Below are positions 11,265-23,000 of a DNA stretch of 64,000 nt, piece after piece. The translations under genes were made by a program, and so were the position numbers. Below the pieces are notes generated by a model that saw only the letters and a program-made list of their open reading frames with translations, made no database searches and had not been told where the DNA came from. Origin of the DNA: Macrostomum lignano (lineage: Eukaryota); contig NIVC01003352.1 of assembly GCA_002269645.1 (NCBI GenBank), positions 1-64,000 on the forward strand. The letters run 5' to 3'. How positions within the stretch are numbered: the first letter of the stretch is position 1; every line of letters begins with the position of its first letter.

Positions 11265-12080
11265 GCAGATCCTGAGTCTCTCACCTGCAGTTGAGAAGGT
11301 CCTAAGTCGCTCATCTGCAGTTGAGCAGATCCTAAGTCCCTCATCTGGAGTTGAGAAGGTCCTAAGTCCCGCATCTGGAGTTGAGAAGGTCCTGAGTCGC
11401 TCATCTGCAGTTGAGCAGATCCTAAGTCCCTCATCTGGAGTTGAGAAGGTCCTGAGTCGCTCATCTGCAGTTGAGCAGATCCTAAGTCCCTCATCTGGAG
11501 TTGAGAAGGTCCTGAGTCGCTCATCTGCAGTTGAGAAGGTCCTAAGTCCCTCATCTGGAGTTGAGAAGGTCCTGAGTCGCTCATCTGCAGTTGAGAAGGT
11601 CCTAAGTCCCTCATCTGGAGTTGAGAAGGTCCTGAGTCCCTCATCTGGAGTTGAGAAGGTCCTGAGTCGCTCATCTGCAGTTGAGCAGATCCTAAGTCCC
11701 TCATCTGGAGTTGAGAAGGTCCTGAGTCCCTCATCTGGAGTTGAGAAGGTCCTGAGTCGCTCATCTGCAGTTGAGCAGATCCTAAGTCCCTCATCTGGAG
11801 TTGAGAAGGTCCTGAGTCGCTCATCTGCAGTTGAGAAGGTCCTAAGTCCCTCATCTGGAGTTGAGAAGGTCCTGAGTCGCTCATCTGCAGTTGAGAAGGT
11901 CCTAAGTCCCTCATTTGGAGTTGAGAAGGTCCTGAGTCGCTCATCTGCAGTTGAGAAGGTCCTAAGTCCCTCATCTGGAGTTGAGAAGGTCCTGAGTCGC
12001 TCATCTGCAGTTGAGAAGGTCCTAAGTCCCTCATCTGGAGTTGAGAAGGTCCTGAGTCCCTCATCCGGAGTTGAGCAGGA
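11265..12080 (-). repeat. 30-bp minisatellite family X, ~27 copies, inverted relative to 10304-10442
   Basis: Unit gttgagaaggtcctgagtccctcatctgga, the reverse complement of family X. Confidence 0.95.
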
Positions 12081-12099
12081 GTAGTGGAATGAGGTGTCA

Positions 12100-12225
12100 C
12101 TGGAGTGTCAGAAAGGAAAGTGTCAAAAACTGTGGTGTCAAAAGGGAGGTGTCAGAATGGGAGGTGTCAGAATGGAAGGTGTCAGTATGGGAGGTGTCAG
12201 AACGAGAGGTGTCAGACGGAAGAGT
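12100..12225. repeat. Short degenerate ~15-bp repeat (gtgtcagaatgggag)
   Basis: About 6-8 imperfect copies. Confidence 0.7.
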
Positions 12226-12698
12226 TGACAAAAAGAAAGTTGCTGTGTCTATAGATACCTTTGTGACTACTGGTTGAACTCGGACAGTTTATGTTTTCAA
12301 AAATGTGAAGCATTAAAATGACTCTTAATTTTTAAAAGTAATAGAACAAAACTGATATAAACTTTTCTGACAACAACGGAGGCAGTTAATTTTATAAGCA
12401 TTGTCGGTTTCAAAACGGAATATATTTAATAAATAACAATTTTTATTTAGACGCTCAACTCCGATAACATGCGGGCTGGAGGTGCTTCATCTTAAAACAG
12501 AAAAAAACGGTGCGTCCATTCTATTTGAAATAATTCAAAAAACACCCTATAGTGCACAGTCTAACAAAAATTTACAACGCACAGAGGCAATGTTATGAGA
12601 AATGAGTGGAGCAGGATGAACTGTTTCTTAGGAAAAGCAGCGGCTTAAAGGATAACACCCTGGCAGTACTACCGTGGACAGCGAAAGTATAAGGGTGC

Positions 12699-13745
12699 CT
12701 GCACTGAGCATCTCACCCTGCACTGAGCATCTCACCCTGCACTGAGTATCTCACCCTGCACTGAGCATCTCACCCTGCACTGAGCATCTCACCCTGCACT
12801 GAGTATCTCACCCTGCACTGAGCATCTCACCCTGCACTGAGCATCTCACCCTGCACTGAGTATCTCACCCTGCACTGAGCATCTCACCCTGCACTGAGCA
12901 TCTCACCCTGCACTGAGTATCTCACCCTGCACTGAGCATCTCACCCAACACCAAGTATCTCACCCTGCACTGAGCATCTCACCCTGAACTGAGTATCTCA
13001 CCCTGCACTGAGTATCTCACCCTGCACTGAGCATCTCACCCTGCACCAAGTATCTCAACCTGCACTGAGCATCTCACCCTGCACTGAGTATCTCACCCTG
13101 CACTGAGTATCTCACCCTGCACTGAGCATCTCACCCTGCACTGAGTATCTCACCCTGCACTGAGCATCTCACCCAACACCAAGTATCTCACCCTGCACTG
13201 AGCATCTCACCCTGCACTGAGTATCTCACCCTGCACTGAGCATCTCACCCTGCACCAAGTATCTCAACCTGCACTGAGCATCTCACCCTGCACTGAGTAT
13301 CTCACCCTGCACTGAGTATCTCACCCTGCACTGAGTATCTCACTTTGCACTGAGCATCTCACCCTGCACTGAGTATCTCACCCTGCACTGAGTATCTCAC
13401 CCTGCACTGAGCATCTCACCCAACACCAAGTATCTCACCCTGCACTGAGCATCTCACCCTGCACTGAGTATCTCACCCTGCACTGAGCATCTCACCCTGC
13501 ACTGAGCATCTCACCCTGCACCAAGTATCTCAACCTGCACTGAGCATCTCACCCTGCACTGAGTATCTCACCCTGCACTGAGTATCTCACCCTGCACTGA
13601 GTATCTCACCCTGCACTGAGTATCTCACCCTGCACTGAGCATCTCACCCTGCACTGAGCATCTCACCCTGCACTGAGTATCTCACCCTGCACTGAGTATC
13701 TCACCCTGCACTGAGTATCTCACCCTGCACTGAGTATCTCACCCT
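12699..13745. repeat. 19-bp minisatellite, ~55 copies
   Basis: Unit ctgcactgag(c/t)atctcacc; variant units (caacaccaag, caccaagtatctcaac) recur about every 210-270 bp. Confidence 0.95.
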
Positions 13746-14023
13746 TGCGCTGAGAAAGTTATTGCGCTGAAAACAGAAAATTGTATTTCTTTGCAAAAGC
13801 GGTGAATCGATGGTAATGTTTCGGGTGTTGCGTCCTTCTGCTTTGGTTGTCCGCGAGTTGCTACTGCTAATAAAATTCATATGTAGTATACCTATTTACT
13901 ATAAGAATAATTAGAGCTAAACTTTACAGTTATAAAGATCCGGCCACCAGCTGCCACCTCGCATGTGACTTTACTCGCATTGCATATGCTCATTCGAAAA
14001 TGTCCACAGGCCATAGCAACGGG

Positions 14024-17000
14024 TCATCGGGAAGCTGCGGCGAAGGTCAACCCGTCATCTCGGCGAACCTCCGGCTCTGGCTCGGGCAGAGACGCACCCG
14101 ATTCTTCGTTGGCTTCACGCAGTCCAGCCTCCTCGCGATCGGCTTCATCGTCCTCTCCGAGTTCCTGCTCCTCCTCATAGTCTGCGTCGGCATCGCAGGC
14201 GTATTTGCCGAGCTCTGCCGAGTCGGCAGCGAACAGGCTCTGGTAGGCGCCAACGAGCTGCTGGAACAGCGGCTGCTGCTGTGAGCTGTCGGCCTCGCTG
14301 TGAGCCAGAGTCGCAGTCTCCACAACATGGCACCAAGGCGCCGAGGCTGCGGCGGCGGCAGCAGCGGCCGCGGCGGCTGCGGCAGCGGCTGAATAGGCCG
14401 ACTGAGCATCCTGCTGCTGCTGCTGCTGCTGTTGCTGAGAATGATGAAGATGGCTAGGATGCCGCAGATGATGCTGGCCGCCAAGGTGCTGTCTCGGATC
14501 GTGTCTGACAGGCGATGACGCAATCATTGGTATGCCGTTCAGAGTGCGCTGGGGAGAGGTAAGAGAAGCGTTCCATGCATTTTGTTTATTGCAGTTAAAT
14601 ACGACGCTATCATGTTAAATCTTCTCAGTTCCCGGTGAAGGACTCAGGATCTTCCCGAATTCAGGTGAGGGACTCAGGATCTGCCCGAATTCAGGTGAGG
14701 GCCTCAGGATCTGCTCAACCTCAGATGAGGAACTCAGGATCTGCTCAACTGCATGTGAGGGACTCAGGACCTGCTCAACTGCAGGTAAGAGACTCAGGAT
14801 CTGCTCAACTGCATGCGAGGGACTCAGGACCTACTCAACTGCGGGTGAGGGACTCAGGTTCTGCTCAGCTCGCTGGTAAGAGACTCAGGATCTGCTCAAC
14901 TCCCGATGAGAGACTCAGGCTGCACTCCCGCACACTGAAAGCAGGTGCACTAGCCGGTCGCTACGCAATTGTTGGTGGTGGAGTGAAAATTCGGGCGGCA
15001 ATAGTGAGGACTTGGGCGAGCTTAACTAGAAAAAGATTAGCGACCGCGTTTCTTGGTCTCTTCCGGCACTGCCAGGGGTCTTGTTTGGTCAGGCCTTGCC
15101 AAACGCCTCCTTCCGCCGTCGCCCCCCCCTCAAATCGGCCCGGCTGCTGCGGTTTCTGGGATCTGCTGCGACCCCCCCCCCGGGCTAGTGGGTGGACTCA
15201 AACAAGCTGGCTGGGGAACACGGCATAGAATCCTATTATTCAGCTATTTCAGTCGGCCAGGTGTTTACGCAGCTGAGATCTCATCCTCAGGGGGGCGTGG
15301 AGCTGCACTGTGGATTTCTGCTGCTTCTGGTTCGGCAACCTCAGGGTGGACAATTTCACTGCACCTAAGCCGACCTGCGCACTGCTTGTCACTCTGTCTG
15401 TCTGCCAGTACGTAAATCAATTTTTTAACTGCTATTTGGTTTTGCTATTGACTTCTCATTTCTATTAAGTTGTTCTCAGAGAAGAGTTTCCCGCCATTAG
15501 AAAGGAATGAATGAATAGAATGGATTGCTAATCTAGCCAACATCACGGATGCAGGAATAGAATGGATTGCTAATCTAGCCAACATCACGGATGCAGGAAT
15601 AGAATGGATTGCTAATCTAGCCAACATCACGGATGCAGGAATAGAATGGATTGCTAATCTAGCCAACATCACGGATGCAGGAATAGAATGGATTGCTAAT
15701 CTAGCCAACATCACGGATGCAGGAATAGAATGGATTGCTAATCTAGCCAACATCACGGATGCAGGAATAGAATGGATTGCTAATCTAGCCAACATCACGG
15801 ATGCAGGAATAGAATGGATTGCTAATCTAGCCAACATCACGGATGCAGGAATAGAATGGATTGCTAATCTAGCCAACATCACGGATGCAGGAATGGAATG
15901 GATTGCTAATCTAGCCAACATCACGGATGCAGGAATAGAATGGATTGCTAATCTAGCTAACATCACGGATGCAGGAATAGAATGGATTGCTAATCTAGCC
16001 AACATCACGGATGCAGGAATGGAATGGATTGCTAATCTAGCCAACATCACGGATGCAGGAATAGAATGGATTGCTAATCTAGCCAACATCACGGATGCAG
16101 GAATAGAATGGATTGCTAATCTAGCCAACATCACGGATGCAGGAATAGAATGGATTGCTAATCTAGCCAACATCACGGATGCAGGAATAGAATGGATTGC
16201 TAATCTAGCCAACATCACGGATGCAGGAATGGAATGGATTGCTAATCTAGCCAACATCACGGATGCAGGAATAGAATGGATTGCTAATCTAGCTAACATC
16301 ACGGATGCAGGAATAGAATGGATTGCTAATCTAGCCAACATCACGGATGCAGGAATGGAATGGATTGCTAATCTAGCCAACATCACGGATGCAGGAATAG
16401 AATGGATTGCTAATCTAGCCAACATCACGGATGCAGGAATAGAATGGATTTGCTAATCTGTCTTATAAATAATGAACAAAAAAGATTACCTTCTGATAGA
16501 CATCCTCACCTTCTGCTGCTGGTGCTCCATCTGTTTCATGAGCAGCTGTTTCTTCTTGTCCTTGCACCGCTTGTTCTGAAACCAGACCCTGATGACTCGC
16601 GGGCTCAGGCCGGTCATCTCCACCAGCTGCTCCTTCATCAGCGCGTCCGGCGAGGATTGGCCGCGTAGCAGGTGCGCAGCGTGTGCAGCTGCTTCTCGTT
16701 CAGCACCGTCCGGACTCGGGTCGCTTTGCTGCTGTCCTTGCCGCCGCCGCCGCCGCCGCCACAGACGGTTTTTCCGCGCTTCCCTCCGCCTGCGGCGGCG
16801 CCACTTGAAGCGCCGGTTCCACTGCCGACACCGTTGGACACAGCAGGCTCCGACGCCGTTGACTGACTCGCTGAATCCTCGTCGTTGCCTGTTTATCAGG
16901 TTAAGGGAGCGAGTCGTACGTTTCCCCAAATCAGGAGCATCTTGCATCATTTGCCGTCTTGTTCGCCAACAATATGTATTAAGCCCGAAAGGAAATGGCG

Positions 17001-20000
17001 CCCAGCTACCGGTCTGAGGGAATTTCGAATAGAAAAATCATTGTCCGCCCGCCAATACGAGGCCTCCGAGATCGCGTCCTGTCCTGTCTTGTCTTGTCTT
17101 GGCTTGTCTTGGCCTGTCCACCTTAATCCCTCGCTGGTGGGCTGGCACAGAAGCAGCAACAGCAGCACAGCAAGAGAAGGCAGCAGTTGGAGCAGCAGAC
17201 GCCGCCACGGCCGCCGCCACCAAGTCCCGCCAGCAGACGAGGAGTCTCCTCCATCCCCCGTCTCCCCAGCAGAAAGTGGATGCCTAAAAGTATTAAAGAA
17301 AGAACACACACACACACAAACAGGCACGCACGACTAAACGTCTAGTCTTGCTTTTCTGTATGTCGTCTGATCCTTTAGACTGTGGGGTGGGTGGGTGGTC
17401 CTGTCAGGCCCTTGGGGTGGGGCTCTTGCTAGGGCACGAATGGGGGTCCCGACTGCCTGGCCCCCTGCTACAAAGAAGCCCATTAATCACCCCGGGAAGT
17501 CCGCCTTTTTCAAGCCGGGGCGAAACGACGGTGCAGAGGATAACCTGCCCGGTCCATCCCCACACTGCTTTCCCAGATCCCACTTGTCAGTCAGGCAGTA
17601 AAGGCCAAATGTTCATGTAGGCATGACAATGGCCTGCTTTATCAACTGGACATTGGAGGTAGCTGAACCACCTGAATGCGCTCGGCAGCACAACTGAGAA
17701 TTTTCAGAAATTTCACTGAGATTAAGGTTTCTTTAACACAATCTGCGGACACAATCTAGGCAAATCTGCAGACACAATCTTGACATAGCTGGAGACACAA
17801 TCTTGACATAGCTGGAGACACAATCTTGACAAATCTGCAGACACAATCTCGGCAAATCTGCAGACACAATCTCGGCAAATCTGCAGACACAATCTAGGCA
17901 AATCTGCAGGCACAATCTCGGCAAATCTGCAGACACAATCTTGACAAATCTGCAGACACAATCTCGGCAAATCTGCAGACACAATCTCGGCAAATCTGCA
18001 GGCACAATCTCGGCAAATCTGCAGACACAATCTTGACAAATCTGCAGACACAATCTCGGCAAATCTGCAGACACAATCTTGACAAATCTGCAGACACAAT
18101 CTTGACAAATCTGCAGACACAATCTTGACAAATCTGCAGACACAATCTTGACAAATCTGCAGACACAATCTCGGCAAATCTGCAGACACAATCTTGACAA
18201 ATCTGCAGACACAATCTAGGCAAATCTGCAGGCACAATCTCGGCAAATCTGCAGACACAATCTCGGCAAATCTGCAGACACAATCTAGGCAAATCTGCAG
18301 ACAATCTCGGCAAATCTGCAGACACAATCTAGGCAAATCTGCAGGCACAATCTCGGCAAATCTGCAGACACAATCTCGGCAAATCTGCAGACACAATCTT
18401 GACAAATCTGCAGACACAATCTCGGCATATCTGCAGACACAATCTCGGCAAATCTGCAGACACAATCTTGACAAATCTGCAGACACAATCTCGACACAGC
18501 CACAGACACAAGCTTAGCACAAGTCACAGACACAAGCTTAGCACAAGTCACAGACACAAGCTTAGCACAAGTCACAGACAAGTTTAGCACAAGTCACAGA
18601 CACAAGCTTAGCACAAGCCACAGACACAAGTTTAGCACAAGTCACAGACACAAGCTTAGCACAAGTCACAGACACAAGCTTAGCACAAGTCACAGACACA
18701 AGCTTAGCACAAGTCACAGACAAGTTTAGCACAAGCCACAGACACAAGTTTAGCACAAGTCACAGACACAAGCTTAGCACAAGTCACAGACACAAGCTTA
18801 GCACAAGTCAACCTGAAGCTATCAACCTGAAGCTATCAACCTGAAGCTATCAACCTGAAGCTATCAACCTGAAGCTATCAACCTGAAGCTATCAACCTGA
18901 AGCTATCAACCTGAAGCTATCAACCTGAAGCTATCAACCTGAAGCTATCAACCTGAAGCTATCAACCTGAAGCTATCAACCTGAAGCTATCAACCTGAAG
19001 CTATCAACCTGAAGCTATCAACCTGAAGCTATCAACCTGAAGCTATCAACCTGAAGCTATCAACCTGAAGCTATCAACCTGAAGCTATCAACCTGAAGCT
19101 ATCAACCTGAAGCTATCAACCTGAAGCTATCAACCTGAAGCTATCAACCTGAAGCTATCAACCTGAAGCTATCAACCTGAAGCTATCAACCTGAAGCTAT
19201 CAACCTGAAGCTATCAACCTGAAGCTATCAACCTGAAGCTATCAACCTGAAGCTATCAACCTGAAGCTATCAACCTGAAGCTATCAACCTGAAGCTATCA
19301 ACCTGAAGCTATCAACCTGAAGCTATCAACCTGAAGCTATCAACCTGAAGCTATCAACCTGAAGCTATCAACCTGAAGCTATCAACCTGAAGCTATCAAC
19401 CTGAAGCTATCAACCTGAAGCTATCAACCTGAAGCTATCAACCTGAAGCTATCAACCTGAAGCTATCAACCTGAAGCTATCAACCTGAAGCTATCAACCT
19501 GAAGCTATCAACCTGAAGCTATCAACCTGAAGCTATCAACCTGAAGCTATCAACCTGAAGCTATCAACCTGAAGCTATCAACCTGAAGCTATCAACCTGA
19601 AGCTATCAACCTGAAGCTATCAACCTGAAGCTATCAACCTGAAGCTATCAACCTGAAGCTATCAACCTGAAGCTATCAACCTGAAGCTATCAACCTGAAG
19701 CTATCAACCTGAAGCTATCAACCTGAAGCTATCAACCTGAAGCTATCAACCTGAAGCTATCAACCTGAAGCTATCAACCTGAAGCTATCAACCTGAAGCT
19801 ATCAACCTGAAGCTATCAACCTGAAGCTATCAACCTGAAGCTATCAACCTGAAGCTATCAACCTGAAGCTATCAACCTGAAGCTATCAACCTGAAGCTAT
19901 CAACCTGAAGCTATCAACCTGAAGCTATCAACCTGAAGCTATCAACCTGAAGCTATCAACCTGAAGCTATCAACCTGAAGTTATCAACCTGAAGCCCAGC

Positions 20001-23000
20001 GGAGCCCATTGCTCACACTCCATATCCGGGTGCAGCTGGTTCACCCCGCTGCTGCCAATGCTGTCGCCCGGGCTGCCAACGCCGACAATGTGCGACGTCG
20101 GCTGCTGTTGCGGCGACCTCTGCGTTGTCGACGACGCGTCGACGAAATCTCCAGTGAGCAGCGCGTCAAAGTCGGCCCGACAGTAGATGCCGCCGTCATC
20201 GCGTCTAACGCCGAATTCTTCGCCTGGAACCAGCTGCCTCGCGCAGGCCTGGCAGCGGAAGCAGGTCACGTGATAGAGCCGGGACTGGGCGCGCATCACC
20301 GGCTCGGACTTGACCAGGGCGACGCTGCACTTGGCGCACCGGCTGCCGAACAGCCTGGAGAGGTGAGAGCGAGGCGAGCGGTTTGAGTGAGGGGGAGAGG
20401 GTAGGCAAAGGGAATGGAGATGATGCAGAGGAGAGGGCGGAGATGATGCAGAGGAGAGGGCGGAGATGATGCAGAGGAGAGGGCGGAGATGATGCAGAGG
20501 AGAGGGCGGAGATGATGCAGAGGAGAGGGCGGAGATGATGCAGAGGAGAGGGCGGAGATGATGCAGAGGAGAGGGCGGAGATGATACAGAGGAGAGGGCG
20601 GAGATGATGCAGAGGAGAGGGCGGAGATGATGCAGAGGAGAGGGCGGAGATGATGCAGAGGAGAGGGCGGAGATGATACAGAGGAGAGGGCGGAGATGAT
20701 GCAGAGGAGAGGGCGGAGATGATGCAGAGGAGAGGGCGGAGATGATGCATCGGAGAGGTCGGAGATGATGCAGAGGAGAGGGCGGAGATGATGCAGAGGA
20801 GAGGGCGGAGATGATACAGAGGAGAGGGCGGAGATGATGCAGAGGAGAGGGCCGAGATGATGCAGAGGAGAGGGCGGAGATGATGCATCGGAGAGGTCGG
20901 AGATGATGCAGAGGAGAGGGCGGAGATGATGCAGAGGAGAGGGCGGAGATGATGCAGAGGAGAGGGCGGAGATGATGCAGAGGAGAGGGCGGAGATGATG
21001 CAGAGGAGAGGGCGGAGATGATGCAGAGGAGAGGGCGGAGATGATGCAGAGGAGAGGGCGGAGATGATGCAGAGGAGAGGGCGGAGATGATGCAGAGGAG
21101 AGGGCGGAGATGATGCAGAGGAGAGGGCGGAGATGATACAGAGGAGAGGGCGGAGATGATGCAGAGGAGAGGGCGGAGATGATGCAGAGGAGAGGGCGGA
21201 GATGATGCATCGGAGAGGTCGGAGATGATGCAGAGGAGAGGGCGGAGATGATGCAGAGGAGAGGGCGGAGATGATGCAGAGGAGAGGGCGGAGATGATGC
21301 AGAGGAGAGGGCGGAGATGATGCAGAGGAGAGGGCGGAGATGATGCATCGGAGAGGTCGGAGATGATGCAGAGGAGAGGGCGGAGATGATGCAGAGGAGA
21401 GGGCGGAGATGATGCAGAGGAGAGGGCGGAGATGATGCAGAGGAGAGGGCGGAGATGATGCAGAGGAGAGGTCGGAGATGATGCAGAGGAGAGGGCGGAG
21501 ATGATGCAGAGGAGAGGGCGGAGATGATGCAGAGGAGAGGGCGGAGATGATGCAGAGGAGAGGGCGCGGAGATGATGCAGAGGAGAGGGCGGAGATGATG
21601 CGGAGGAGAGGTCGGAGATGATGCGGAGGAGAGGGCGGAGATGATGCAGAGGAGAGGGCGGAGAGGATGCAGAGGAGAGGGCGGAGATGATGCAGAGGAG
21701 AGGGCGGAGATGATGCGGAGGAGAGGTCGGAGATGATGCGGAGGAGAGGGCGGAGATGATGCAGAGGAGAGGGCGGAGATGATGCATCGGAGAGGTCGGA
21801 GATGATGCGGAGGAGAGGTCGGAGATGATGCATCGGAGAGGTCGGAGATGATGCGGAGGAAAGACGATAAAAAAATCGTCTCTAAATTTTTCCCAATTAG
21901 CTCGTACTGAGAGAATTTTTAGTGAGACAGCAGGGAGACGGTGAAGGATGGGATAAAAGTAAACGGACATTCGATAGGGTATTTATCGTTCTGCGTTGTG
22001 AGATACGCGTTCATTTGAATAGAGATATCCACAATCTACATGGACTTGGTGGTCCATGACTGGCGAGTCCAGGTCTACGTAGCAGAGGGCAGAGGCCCTT
22101 ATCCACTTAAGACTTCCCCCTTTCCTATAAGGAGTTTGGCGCAGCGCATGAGGTAAGGGAGGCAGGCAGATGAGCCGGTCTGTAAGCTCGTGCATGTTCT
22201 CTCGTTTGTATGCCGCATGCCCCCCAGGAAGGCGGAAGCGTTTTTCAATGGCCCAGACTGTGTAGGGTCACCTCCGGTATTTCTGAGTACAGTTGCATGC
22301 TGCAGCTGGGTCTCCAAGATGCTTTTGCTCCATCGTTTGGCAATTTTAGAGGAGAAAGCGAGTGTCCATTTTGTTTGCCTCACGGCATCGGGGCCTGGGG
22401 GATGCGTGGGCTGAAGGCGTGAAAAGTTTCTAAACTATAAGATGGCTAAGCTCAGACTATATGCTCATGCTAATACCCGATGACTACTTATTGATCATGC
22501 TCATAATACCACATGAGTATTAATTGATCATGCTCATAATACCATATGACTATCAATGATCATGCTCATAATACCATATGACTATTTAATGACCATGCTC
22601 ATAATACCATATGACTATTCAATGATCATGCTCATAATATCAGATGACTATTCAATGATCATGCTCATAATACCAGATGACTATTCAATGATCATGCTCA
22701 TAATACCAGATGACTATTCAATGATCATGCTCATAATACCAGATGACTATTCAATGATCATGCTCATATTACCATGACTATTCAATGATCATGCTCATAA
22801 TACCATATGACTATTCAATGATCATGCTCATAATACCATATGACTATTTCAATGATCATGCTCATAATACCAGATGACTATTCAATGATCATGCTCATAA
22901 TACCATATGACTATTCAATGACCATGCTCATAATACCATATGACTATTCAATGATCATGCTCATAATACCAGATGACTATTCAATGATCATGCTCATAAT

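Noticed and set aside
17038-17327. Signal-peptide-like ORF 16947-17327 ([18 protein letters not shown]) as a nested secreted peptide gene
   Set aside because: The hydrophobic run comes from ctg/gct triplet repeats and has no suitable ATG directly upstream; kept only as a possible cassette exon.
11099-18756. Long repetitive ORFs at 11099-12100, 15445-16456 and 17722-18756
   Set aside because: They are readings of 30-, 42-, 23- and 24-bp arrays, open in several frames or on both strands, with no splice or domain support.
19970-21970. 666/542/350-aa ORFs ([23 protein letters not shown] repeats)
   Set aside because: Translation of a stop-free 23-bp intronic array. Only the LIM2 exon (20017-20354) is real, and it has its own acceptor at 20355.
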